DNA of 64,000 nucleotides from a virus: positions 32,001 through 96,000 of IMG/VR virus record IMGVR_UViG_3300037782_000115. One strand, given 5' to 3'. The notes under the pieces were generated by a model that was not told the origin of the DNA, searched no databases, and saw nothing but the letters and a program-made list of their open reading frames with translations. Positions within the stretch are counted from its first letter, which is position 1; each line of letters begins with the position of its first letter. A program made the translations under genes and the position numbers. Shown piece after piece: positions 37,495-46,554 of this stretch.

Positions 37495-37809
37495 CTGCTC
37501 AGCCGGTAATACATGGCGGTGGAGCAACGGGGGGTCCGCGGGGGCTCGGCGGGGGTGGGCTGGTTTGCCGTCCCACCTGGGTCATCGCCTCTGATCGGGG
37601 TCTGATCTCCCGATCGGGGTCCATACGTGGCCCAAACAGGCCCGAATGCCGCGCGGCTAGCCAGGTACCAAACAGCGACCGAGCCGATTGATTCGGTTCG
37701 CGTGATGACCATCCGACCAATGGGCGCGGTTGAGCCTTTGCCGTCGGTCAGTGTTTGGCGCAAGCTGGGCGCAGCTGGGCCCGTCCGCCCTGTCCGCCTA
37801 GGGCAGTCT

Positions 37810-38270
37810 CTGACGGGCCCCCAAGGCCCCGGGCGAGTCTGAGCCCGACCGAGCAGGCCCGGGCCCCGCAGAGGCCCACACAGAGGCCCGCAGAGGCCCA
37901 GCTCGGATCTAGACCGAGCCCGGGCCCCGCAGAGGCCCGCAGAGGCCCCGGGCGAGTCTGAGCCCGACCGAGCGCCTGCCCGACCGACCGGGCGGGACAA
38001 AGCCTTCCCGCCCGATCGACCGAGCGCCAGACTGAGCGCCGGGCCCGCGACCGAACGACCGAGCGCCGAACCGAGCGCGCATTCTGGGCAGAGATCGACC
38101 GAGCGCCCGAATCCGAGCGCCGATCGATCAGCGCCGAACACGACCGATTTGGCGAAGTGGTCAGCCCCAAAAACAAACAAGGCCCCGAATCGGGGCAAGT
38201 TGGGCGAATTGTGGCAGGTTGGTCGGGGGACCATAAACCCGCGCCCGATCTTTCGACCGAGCGCGGGCGG
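37810..38270. repeat. Non-coding mosaic repeat array (CAGAGGCCC x5; (GA)CCGAGCGC-like about x9; duplicated GGCCCCGGGCGAGTCTGAGCCCGACCGAGC)
   Basis: Co-oriented direct repeats, several about 10-12 bp apart; only low-complexity ORFs cross the region. Confidence 0.85.
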
Positions 38271-38285
38271 GAGAGTTTGCGGGGG

Positions 38286-39119
38286 TTACTTGCTGGTGGC
38301 CTTAGCCTGCGCCTTGGACGATTCGCCCTTGGGTGTCGGTTCGACGATCCCAGCCTGAAGCGCCCGCAGCACGTCCGCGATACCCGACACGACGGGTGCG
38401 GGGGTATCCTTGGGCAGGCTTGCCCCGGTGAAGACTTCCACCAGCTCGGACACGTCGCCATCGTGTTCGACGAACTGACGCGCCATGGTCAGCGCTGGAG
38501 CAGCGCCCGTTCCGAGCGCGTCAACAAACAGGGTGGCCCGGGCCTGATAGCCCGCAGCACTGGGCCCGCGCTTCACAGTCTCAAGCGCCGATTTCAGGGT
38601 GGGCGGGACAGACGCTTGGGCCTTGGCGATTCTCTCAGCCTCAGCCTTGGCGCGGTCCGCCTCAGCCTTGACCAAATCGCACCCGCCAACCCGGGCGGAA
38701 TCCAGCAAGGCAACCAGCAAGGGGACGAGATTCGCACGGGCCTTGCCGACGTCGGTAATGCCCAGCTCCGACAAGGGGACGGACACCCCAACACTATCGC
38801 CGTCGATCAGCGAATCCGGCGCACGTTCTGCGGTGGGCAGAGGGGGGGCCTTGCCTTCGCCCTTCTCGCTTGCTGACAGGGCGCGGGCAAGCCTCAGAGC
38901 AGGGGCCTTGTCATCACCCCCGACACCAACACCCACACCACCACTCGGTCGGTTGCGCCGCCACTCCCCGCAGTGACTGACGAAGCGCGGGGCCCGCACC
39001 ACGAAAGACAGGGCGTCAGCATCGGGTAGCGTGAACCCGGTAGCGCCAAGGCCTTGCGGGGCCTTCTCCTGATCGGTGTTCTTGGTGTTGGTGGTATCGG
39101 TGTTCTTTGCGTCTTTCAT
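38286..39119 (-). CDS. First gene of the leftward arm; Ala-rich hypothetical protein
   Basis: GGAG RBS before MKDAKNTD. Confidence 0.65.
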   Translation of the reverse strand: MKDAKNTDTTNTKNTDQEKAPQGLGATGFTLPDADALSFVVRAPRFVSHCGEWRRNRPSGGVGVGVGGDDKAPALRLARALSASEKGEGKAPPLPTAERAPDSLIDGDSVGVSVPLSELGITDVGKARANLVPLLVALLDSARVGGCDLVKAEADRAKAEAERIAKAQASVPPTLKSALETVKRGPSAAGYQARATLFVDALGTGAAPALTMARQFVEHDGDVSELVEVFTGASLPKDTPAPVVSGIADVLRALQAGIVEPTPKGESSKAQAKATSK

Positions 39120-39820
39120 GGTTGAGACTCCAATAGGCCCCGGGGTGAATCGGTGGGAGTGGGGCCCATACTCCCGGTCTGCGGGACGTCCCACAAACGT
39201 AGGCCCAGCCTACACCGGATCATCGGGCCCCGCTACCCTCTATCTCCATCATCCGAAAAAAAAATTTCAGCCCACCCCTATTTGGGCAAGCCCGGAATGC
39301 AAAGTGGCAGAGGCTAGCGCTAAACCGGGATCAGCAAGAATCACGCGGCAAGGCCCACTAGACCCGACACCCGGAAGGAACGACCATAACCCGGCGCTAT
39401 CAATCGCATAGGCTCGGCTTATGGTCCCGATCAGCCTGCCCGATTCGCCACTCGCCCACCAACCGACCCGTCGGCGCGACCAACCGACCGGTCGACCGCG
39501 CGACCGAGCCCCGGGCCCCAAGCTCAGACCCCGGACCGTACGCCCAGAGGCCTTGGATCGGGCCTCGGACCGGACGGCTAGACCGATCGGCAAAGGGGAC
39601 ACTGGCAAGGTTGGGGTAGGGTGCCGTTAGCCTAACGCCACCCGACAAGACACTCTCCGAACGCCACCCGACCAGGTACTGGCACTCAGCGGCTTACCCA
39701 ATTTGTGGCGGTATTTTCCAGCCCCTGTTTCGTTGTTTTTTTGGCTGGCGTTGTTCTTGGGGGTGTGGTCGTGTCGTGTTATTTTTGTGCGGGTATTTTT
39801 CTCGGGGAGTCGATCGGGGT

Positions 39821-39850
39821 TTGACATGGATCTCAGTTGTCGTCTACGGT
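39821..39850 (+). promoter_or_regulatory. Putative sigma70 promoter of the rightward arm
   Basis: TTGACA-18-TACGGT. Confidence 0.5.
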
Positions 39851-39949
39851 GAAGTGGGGCCTGGTTTGTTGTGAGATCCCGCGGATCAGATGGGTTGGCG
39901 TAGTACCTGGGTCGGCGATTTTTTGGCGCGTTTTTTGGAGGCAGGAGAT

Positions 39950-40348
39950 ATGGATATTGCGTCTGTGGTTGCGGTGTCGAAGGGGCTTGAGCGGTTGGCG
40001 TTGGAGGTGGTGTTGTTTGAGCTCGAGCATTTGGATGGCGGCATGGCGAGACGTCGCGGTTTTTTGGTGTCGCGTGCGTGCAGGACTGTGATGGGCGAGT
40101 GCGGGGTCGCGAGCGAGCGTGCGGGGCTGGCGGCGGGCGTGCGGGAGGCGGTGGATGGGGCGATCGATGTCGCGATCCGGGAAGGGCTCGTGCGGGCGGA
40201 TGATGGCCTGCTCACCTGGGTCGGGCCGGAGTTACCCATCGGGCGGGGCGAGAGGGCCGGCGACCGGGTCACGGATCTGGTCCAAGTCGCGGTGTTGGGT
40301 ATGCTGCTCACCGCACTCGCCATGTTCTTTGTCCGACTCATCTTCTGA
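39950..40348 (+). CDS. Winged-helix-like protein with C-terminal TM helix (family member 1)
   Basis: AGGAG RBS; AIDVAIREGLVRADDGLLTW; hydrophobic C-terminus. Confidence 0.65.
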   Translation: MDIASVVAVSKGLERLALEVVLFELEHLDGGMARRRGFLVSRACRTVMGECGVASERAGLAAGVREAVDGAIDVAIREGLVRADDGLLTWVGPELPIGRGERAGDRVTDLVQVAVLGMLLTALAMFFVRLIF

Positions 40349-40425
40349 TCGAGAGCAACCGACACGATCGGGTGGGGACCGTGTGTGGAGTGTGCGCTAT
40401 TTCTGTCGATTCCATCGTCCGGGTA

Positions 40426-40454
40426 TTGACAAGGTAGTGGGTGCGCTGTACCGT
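40426..40454 (+). promoter_or_regulatory. Putative sigma70 promoter
   Basis: TTGACA-17-TACCGT. Confidence 0.55.
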
Positions 40455-40539
40455 GCGGTTCTCCCCGGGGACATGAGAGATTTCGGGCCCGAGAAGGGCA
40501 TCGATCAGCAGAATCGGGCCCGCTTTTTGGAGTCGCGAT

Positions 40540-41031
40540 ATGGATAACGAACGACCCGCCGCGAACCGCGTTGAGATTGGGCCCCGATTATGGCGATGGC
40601 CAGAGGCCGTAAAGGCGGTCTGCGAGGCCCTCTACACACACTCGACACCGCACGTCAGATCGATCGATCGCCAAGAGCTCGAGGAACTGGCCTTCCAGAA
40701 GATCATGAACGCGGGCGCCAACAGGCCCGCCGCCGTGGTCAGCCGAATGGTCATCCACTCGATCGATGAGTTGATCGAGCGACAGCACATCCGGGAGCTC
40801 GGGGGCGGAAAAAGCCTCTGCCTCACCCAGCTGGGCATCATGGAGTGCACGCCAACCCTCTATCTGACCCCCGAGCACTATGCGACCGGAACGCGGGCGA
40901 GTGCGCAGATCCCGGCGCCGCAGTGGCGACGGGCCACCTCCATCATCCGACTGGTCACCATGCTCGCAATGCCGGTTGTGCTCTACCTGGCGATCCAGGG
41001 CGCGAAGGTCGTGTTTGGAACGGGAGACTGA
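40540..41031 (+). CDS. wHTH + C-terminal TM protein (member 2)
   Basis: WRWPEAVKAVCEAL; SIDELIERQHIRELGGGKSLCLTQLG; TM tail. Confidence 0.7.
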   Translation: MDNERPAANRVEIGPRLWRWPEAVKAVCEALYTHSTPHVRSIDRQELEELAFQKIMNAGANRPAAVVSRMVIHSIDELIERQHIRELGGGKSLCLTQLGIMECTPTLYLTPEHYATGTRASAQIPAPQWRRATSIIRLVTMLAMPVVLYLAIQGAKVVFGTGD

Positions 41032-41032
41032 T

Positions 41033-41938
41033 ATGGGAACCATCATCGCGGGCCGGGAATGGGAGTCGCCAGAAGGCGCGTTGGCGGTGATCGACGCGAT
41101 TTGCAAGGCGGGCTATGAAACCGCGGCGGATCTATCCGAGCCGGCGCGAGAATTACTGATCTCCGAGGCCGCCGATGCGCTGCTCGGATCCAGGGTCGGG
41201 CTCGAGCGGACATCGAGAACACGCGCCGCCGCCGGCTTCGAAGACCTGCTCAGGCTCGAGCTCATCATCAAACACGACGACCACTACCTCATCACCGGCC
41301 TCGTCGACGAGTGGTACCGGGTTCGATGCGCGTTGCGCTCGCACCTCCGAGCCGCGGCCGTCGAGGCCCAGGTCGCCACAAGGATGTCGGCGCGCGGGCC
41401 AGACCGCAAAGACGACCCCAGAAATTACATCGACGACGAAGTCGATTTTGTAGGGAGTAAACAGATGGGAGATCACAAAGCGAATTCGCCCCACAAAGGG
41501 GCGGAAGTCATCCGGGCTGTGCTGAAAAAATATGGGTGCGGCCCGACATCGGGCGGCATGAGCAAAGAAGGATTGCTGGCAAGAGCCGTGGACACATTGG
41601 AGGCACAGTGCTCCGAAAGGGGGCCGACCCTTCAAGCCATCGCAACGGAGGGCCTCGGTCTACTTCTCGAAAGCGGCGATGTCGAAAGCGTCGACGGCAT
41701 TATTAGGCTGCGCGTTGCGACCGCCCCAAGCGGCATTCCAGCCGGCGGCGAAACCAACTGCGACCGGCTCGCCTCCGACAGGGCCGCGTGTCAAGCCGCT
41801 GTGTCACGGGCCGAGGGTGCTTCCGCCTACGCCAACAAGATCCTGCCATGGGTTCTCGGCCTCGCCATTGCGGTCCAGGTCTGCGCCCTGGTCATCGTGG
41901 TGCTGGCGGCGATGGCGATTGTTCGCATCATGGGCTGA
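41033..41938 (+). CDS. Tandem two-wHTH + C-terminal TM protein (member 3)
   Basis: WESPEGALAVIDAI...FEDLLRLELIIKHDDHYLIT; second unit GAEVIRAVL...LGLLLESGDVESVDGIIRL; TM tail. Confidence 0.7.
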   Translation: MGTIIAGREWESPEGALAVIDAICKAGYETAADLSEPARELLISEAADALLGSRVGLERTSRTRAAAGFEDLLRLELIIKHDDHYLITGLVDEWYRVRCALRSHLRAAAVEAQVATRMSARGPDRKDDPRNYIDDEVDFVGSKQMGDHKANSPHKGAEVIRAVLKKYGCGPTSGGMSKEGLLARAVDTLEAQCSERGPTLQAIATEGLGLLLESGDVESVDGIIRLRVATAPSGIPAGGETNCDRLASDRAACQAAVSRAEGASAYANKILPWVLGLAIAVQVCALVIVVLAAMAIVRIMG

Positions 41939-41967
41939 GACTCACGATCGATTCACGGGAGGTCAGC

Positions 41968-42450
41968 ATGGACGATCGAGAAGCACAGGCGGCCGAAGGC
42001 GGGGAACCGATGTTCTGGCGGTCGGCCGAGGGCGCGTACGCAGTCATCCAGGCGCTCAAGGGCAAGGACACCCTGCGCAGTGTGCACCACGACACGTTGA
42101 TCCACTGCGCGGCGGAATCGATCGCGACCGAGACCGGCGAGAGCCCATGGTGGTCCCACCTCCAGGCGATGTTTGGGCTCGAGGACGCCGTACAAAACGG
42201 GGTCATCATCGAATCGTCGGGAAGGTATTACCACCTGGCCAACAACGGGGAAGTGCCCCACAGATTGCTCGTCGATCTCCGGGTCGCCCGCAATCAAGAG
42301 CAGGACGCCAGGGCGCTGGGGTCATCACCGACAAGGCGAGAAAGCATCGGCATCGGCGCTGCGGCGGCGCTCTACGTCATGACGTGGGTCGCCGCGGCGA
42401 TTCTGTTGGCGGCATTGATCAACCACGTATGCAACACACTCCGGTCATGA
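41968..42450 (+). CDS. wHTH + C-terminal TM protein (member 4)
   Basis: GGAGGT RBS; WRSAEGAYAVIQAL...LEDAVQNGVIIESSGRYYHL; TM tail. Confidence 0.7.
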   Translation: MDDREAQAAEGGEPMFWRSAEGAYAVIQALKGKDTLRSVHHDTLIHCAAESIATETGESPWWSHLQAMFGLEDAVQNGVIIESSGRYYHLANNGEVPHRLLVDLRVARNQEQDARALGSSPTRRESIGIGAAAALYVMTWVAAAILLAALINHVCNTLRS

Positions 42451-42463
42451 AGGACGGGCGAAC

Positions 42464-43006
42464 ATGGAGAGGGTGATGACAGAGACAAAGGCAGTATGTC
42501 ACGGGTGCAAAGCGGCTGGCGGTGACGGTAAAGACCCGGCAGCCGTGCGCACTGTGTCCACGAAGAGCCTCCTGCTGACACGCGGCCAGAGGGCAGAGAC
42601 GATCGCTTGTGACGCGGCGCTCTCGGCGTACAAGAACGGGGTCTGGTTGTCGCAACCAGACTTTCGAGAGGAGGTTGTTGGGCAGATTATGGTCCACACT
42701 GCGGCCTGGAAGGCGTTTCTTACAGAGAACAAGGGCAAGGTTGTCGTGGTCGATGAGAAAGACGAATCCGGCGCGACGATCAGGGCGTCGGCGGCGATAT
42801 CAGAGCTAATTCTGGCCGGCTATTTCGATATTCGCGACGATGACGAGGGACGCGCCACACTGAGGCTGAACAAGCGTGGTGCTCGCTACGCCAAGAAGGT
42901 TGTGCGAGGGTACGACCTCGTCGATTTCATCGGCGGGATCGTGCTGAACATAATCTTCTCGGCGATGTTCCTCGCGATCATAGGTTATTGGGTCAAGCCA
43001 ATCTGA
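42464..43006 (+). CDS. wHTH + C-terminal TM protein (member 5)
   Basis: AISELILAGYFDI...TLRLNKRG; TM tail FIGGIVLNIIFSAMFLAIIGYW. Confidence 0.65.
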   Translation: MERVMTETKAVCHGCKAAGGDGKDPAAVRTVSTKSLLLTRGQRAETIACDAALSAYKNGVWLSQPDFREEVVGQIMVHTAAWKAFLTENKGKVVVVDEKDESGATIRASAAISELILAGYFDIRDDDEGRATLRLNKRGARYAKKVVRGYDLVDFIGGIVLNIIFSAMFLAIIGYWVKPI

Positions 43007-43052
43007 CACTGAACAACAAGGACAATGGCCCACCGGGCCGAAGGAGACTCGC

Positions 43053-43346
43053 ATGATTCTCGACTGGAAAACATCAAAAGAAGACACGCTCGTGATCACA
43101 AAGATCGCCCGCCGGGCGATAGATGACGGCGTCACCGATGACGACATGCTCACGGTCAGCATGGACCTGACGGCGGTGCATCTTTCGGTCGGCCTCGAGC
43201 TGGCCAACCTCCTGGCCGCGCCGGCCGACGAATTCCGGCACGACATCGAGGGGATCCAGGAGAACATCAACCGCAGAACCGGCGAGCTCGCCGGGTGCTT
43301 TGTGCCCAGATACGCGACACCGCAGGCCGAGAAGGGCGGCAAGTGA
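43053..43346 (+). CDS. Conserved phage protein (DUF6874-like)
   Basis: MDLTAVH...LLAA...FRHDIEGI..NINRRTGEL..CFVPRYA; AAGGAG RBS. Confidence 0.7.
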   Translation: MILDWKTSKEDTLVITKIARRAIDDGVTDDDMLTVSMDLTAVHLSVGLELANLLAAPADEFRHDIEGIQENINRRTGELAGCFVPRYATPQAEKGGK

Positions 43347-43425
43347 TGCTCGGCGCGAGAGAGAACACTGAGTATCCGGCTCGCAACGATGCGCGCACAC
43401 GCGCCGAGGGTAAGGGAGCGTAGTT

Positions 43426-43914
43426 ATGACCGAGCAAGAGGCGTTTGTCGGGATCATGAATCTCAGCCGCGAACACAATCTGGGGCTTGAGCCGGACGGG
43501 TTCCACCTTGTGGACTACTCGAACCAAAATAAACCCATGTGGGAGATACGATCCCCAGGCTACGCCTGCTCGCTTAGCCAGGCTTCGAAGCGAGATATCC
43601 AGGCACTTACCGCGACGGCGTCGGCGTGGCTCGAGGAACGCAACATTTGGGTTGTGGGCAAGTGCCACATGCCCGTCATGGTCAGCATCACAATCCATGT
43701 TGATATAGGGCTGGAGCGGGGCGAGACGAAGTCGCGTTCGATCGAGAAGTGCATCGAAGAATACCAGGCGGACGTGTTCTCACACATGAGGCCGCTTCAA
43801 GTGCCGGCGTGTGTGCACGAGAACAAACTCGCCGGAATACACGCAGCGATCGAGGCCGTCGTCAACCGCGGAGACTGCGCCGACGATCCAGGCATCTACA
43901 CCATGTTATTGTGA
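43426..43914 (+). CDS. Hypothetical protein
   Basis: GGGAG RBS; 162 aa. Confidence 0.65.
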   Translation: MTEQEAFVGIMNLSREHNLGLEPDGFHLVDYSNQNKPMWEIRSPGYACSLSQASKRDIQALTATASAWLEERNIWVVGKCHMPVMVSITIHVDIGLERGETKSRSIEKCIEEYQADVFSHMRPLQVPACVHENKLAGIHAAIEAVVNRGDCADDPGIYTMLL

Positions 43915-43919
43915 GCAAA

Positions 43920-44200
43920 TGGATAGACAGGCGGCCGGGTGAGGTCGCCTCAGATCTACCCACGCGTCCAGTGACAGGGGCGTGCGGGTTTGCAGGGCCC
44001 GCTGCGGAACAGGCCGCAGCGAAGCCCGTAGCACAAGGCCGGCGTTCTCCGGGCCGAGCGGCCCGGCGTCGGTTTTGGGCAAGTCGTGAGTGCCCGGCAG
44101 TAAGCCGCCGACTGACTCAGGGAGGGAAACCTCTCTGCGGCGCAAAGTCAGCCCGTCCAGCCCAGCGGGTGCCGAACCACGAAGGGCTCTCCCCTGTCAA
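43920..44200 (+). ncRNA. Candidate large structured ncRNA or cis-regulatory RNA
   Basis: Intergenic ~300 nt; TGACAGGGG (43972) / CCCCTGTCA (44191) closing stem encloses several hairpins. Confidence 0.55.
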
Positions 44201-44236
44201 CGAAAGGCGGCGGGCGGGATTGAAAGGAGCAACAGC

Positions 44237-44584
44237 ATGAAGGTAGGCGACACAATATGGGTTGCAAGTTGGGATTCAGTAAACCAGAAAGGCGAAGACC
44301 CGACCGTTGAGCAAGCGGTCGTCTGCCAATACAGGACAGGTCATATATATCCGGTTAATGAAAGAAAAAGGTGGGGAATCATTGACCGGAAGACAATGAC
44401 ATCTGGCGAGTCGAGCCCATACAGAAACACTGCCTACGGGCACACAAAGGAAGAAGCAATCGAAAGACTTGCCATGATGTTTGAAGAGTCTCGACTCCGT
44501 CAACTGCAAGTAGCAGCGGACTGTATGAGCAGGGCTGAGATTGTTCGGTCTATGTCGAAAGACTTGAAAGGAGCAACAACATGA
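44237..44584 (+). CDS. Hypothetical protein (lower GC; flanked by 21-bp direct repeats)
   Basis: AAGGAG RBS; MKVGDTIWV. Confidence 0.7.
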   Translation: MKVGDTIWVASWDSVNQKGEDPTVEQAVVCQYRTGHIYPVNERKRWGIIDRKTMTSGESSPYRNTAYGHTKEEAIERLAMMFEESRLRQLQVAADCMSRAEIVRSMSKDLKGATT

Positions 44585-44934
44585 GCAAGATGAGTGTGGA
44601 AGAAGCAGTTGAGGTACTTCAAAGAAACAGAAAGCTGTCTGCTTCTGCGAGGGCCGGATTAGTCCTCGCCGACGCCCTCGAAGCCTCGAAGCGGCGGGTG
44701 CGGGTGTTGGAGGGGATCGTCGATCGTTTGCCCAAGACGGCCGACGGCGTGCCGATCACGCATGGGTGCGTGACATATTGCAACGATCGAAACCCATTTC
44801 CGCATGAATGGGCTATACGTCTTCGCAGCGGGGAGACGTTCGAGCAACATTGCAAGAGGGATAATGAGACACACTACTCCACCCGCGAAGCCGCCCTCGC
44901 CGCCCAACCAAGGGAGCACACCGATGTCTGTTGA
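44581..44934 (+). CDS. Hypothetical phage protein
   Basis: LPKTADGVPI...YSTREAALAA; ATGA overlap. Confidence 0.7.
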   Translation: MSKMSVEEAVEVLQRNRKLSASARAGLVLADALEASKRRVRVLEGIVDRLPKTADGVPITHGCVTYCNDRNPFPHEWAIRLRSGETFEQHCKRDNETHYSTREAALAAQPREHTDVC

Positions 44935-45127
44935 TGGAATGAAAGACCCGGAAGCCGTTGCTTTGTCTTCCAAGATCATCCAGTTCCGTGACGAAATGAT
45001 CCGCCTTCGCAGGACGAGGACCGCCCAGGCATTGGATCACGCTATGGACTGCTACGCCGCCGACGTGAGCGAGAAGCACAAAACGTCGCTCATTCTTGTG
45101 TCTCGGAAAACGAGGAGGCGGCCATGA
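44924..45127 (+). CDS. Hypothetical protein
   Basis: GGGAG RBS; translationally coupled. Confidence 0.55.
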   Translation: MSVDGMKDPEAVALSSKIIQFRDEMIRLRRTRTAQALDHAMDCYAADVSEKHKTSLILVSRKTRRRP

Positions 45128-45519
45128 CCACCGCACAAGGCTTCACCGACGCCGACCTCGTCTTCTGCATCGAGAACATAACCGACGACGCGAGAGCGAG
45201 GCTGAACATCATGCAGTATGAACACGGCCTTTGGTGTATCGAGCGCGGCGAAGATTTCGGATTTGTTGACGAGTTCACCTACGCCGACCACGCCGCCGTG
45301 CTCGCGGAGGTGGAGATGGAATTGAGGACGAAGCACGGAACGCTGATAGTCCCGATCGCATTTGGGGGCGACATATACTTTGTCCCGTCGCAAATCACAA
45401 ACATCGCCGGAGATACCGTCGAACTCAAGATGGGCGACAAGGTCGGAGACACTCCGGACATCTTCACTGCCGCCCACGACGCACTCGCGCAGGTCAAGGA
45501 GGTGGGCGATGCCAACTGA
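45124..45519 (+). CDS. Hypothetical protein
   Basis: GGAGG RBS; ATGA overlap. Confidence 0.65.
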   Translation: MTTAQGFTDADLVFCIENITDDARARLNIMQYEHGLWCIERGEDFGFVDEFTYADHAAVLAEVEMELRTKHGTLIVPIAFGGDIYFVPSQITNIAGDTVELKMGDKVGDTPDIFTAAHDALAQVKEVGDAN

Positions 45520-45564
45520 CGCCGACCGAGCCGCCCTCGTCGCGCCTTGTAAAGAGGCTGGGAA

Positions 45565-45840
45565 GTGAGCCCCAACCAAATATCACACTGGCGGTCCGTT
45601 CTGTTTGAAAAGTACAGACTATTCCTTGGAGGAATCAAGGAAGAAACAGTCTCTTACCACGCTGGGAAGCTCCTGACTCGGCGAGGATACGAGCGAGTGT
45701 ACAGGACTGGTGTGTGGGTCTGGCGGCGTCCGCAAGATACGTCTCGGGGTGTCTCGTCAACAAGCGAACCGCACGCCTGCTACTTGGCGACGTGTAAAGA
45801 AGCTGGCGTCAAGCCGCAGAAGCGCAAGGAAGGCAGGTGA
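45565..45840 (+). CDS. Hypothetical protein
   Basis: C-terminal SEP...CKEAG resembles the end of 46551-46913. Confidence 0.5.
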   Translation: MSPNQISHWRSVLFEKYRLFLGGIKEETVSYHAGKLLTRRGYERVYRTGVWVWRRPQDTSRGVSSTSEPHACYLATCKEAGVKPQKRKEGR

Positions 45841-46268
45841 AGGACGTGTGTACTTCAAGTAACCCAGCCAAAGAACAGAAGAATACGCCAACTGGCGCCG
45901 ACATCGAAGCGTTCAGTAGATTCATACGTGTGTGCGAATCACCCGCCAACAAGGCGAGAACCGGAACGCAGAGACTTCGGATGATCGATGGGTGGGAGAA
46001 TCGTGATGGTCACGGCTGGGGACGATGCACGGCGTACCAAGGGAAAATACCACCCACACATCCCGAGCCGATCGACATCCAGGCCGTGCACGGCGCAATC
46101 GCCACCTTCTGTGAGAACAACAACAACCTGATCCAGACGTGGAAAATAAAGGACGGCGAGTGCATGTGTCAGATCGTCGTGGACATGCACCGTGCAATAG
46201 CCACTGGTTATGGGCCGACATACCTGGCCGCCCAAGTGGACGCGATTGAGAATCTGATATATTCGTGA
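45837..46268 (+). CDS. Hypothetical protein
   Basis: GTGA overlap; 143 aa. Confidence 0.55.
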   Translation: MKDVCTSSNPAKEQKNTPTGADIEAFSRFIRVCESPANKARTGTQRLRMIDGWENRDGHGWGRCTAYQGKIPPTHPEPIDIQAVHGAIATFCENNNNLIQTWKIKDGECMCQIVVDMHRAIATGYGPTYLAAQVDAIENLIYS

Positions 46269-46368
46269 TCGTGCCGGCACCCAACAGGAAGGTGGCGTCG
46301 ATGGAAGCGGATGACAAGATACAGGTTGCTCGCCGGGGCACCTTCCATAAATTCAGGGAGGGGAAGTA

Positions 46369-46554
46369 ATGGGCAAAGAAATGACACCGGGCCGAGCAAT
46401 TGTTGAGGGCCTGTCTGGGCTACTGAAAACGCTGCGCGATGGAGCAAAGCCGGAGGAACGCTACAGGTCCGCAACGGTTCGGAGAATCACCAACCCGAAG
46501 ACCGGCGAGGAAATCATCACGCGGATCTCAACAGATCCAAAGGAGCAGAAGTGA
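46369..46554 (+). CDS. Small protein resembling an antitoxin N-terminus
   Basis: GRAIVEGLSGLLKTL; GGAGG RBS. Confidence 0.5.
   Translation: MGKEMTPGRAIVEGLSGLLKTLRDGAKPEERYRSATVRRITNPKTGEEIITRISTDPKEQK

Noticed and set aside
37810-38270. CRISPR-like guide array or coding repeat protein
   Set aside because: Irregular short repeats without a constant period; ORFs across it are low-complexity and lack an RBS
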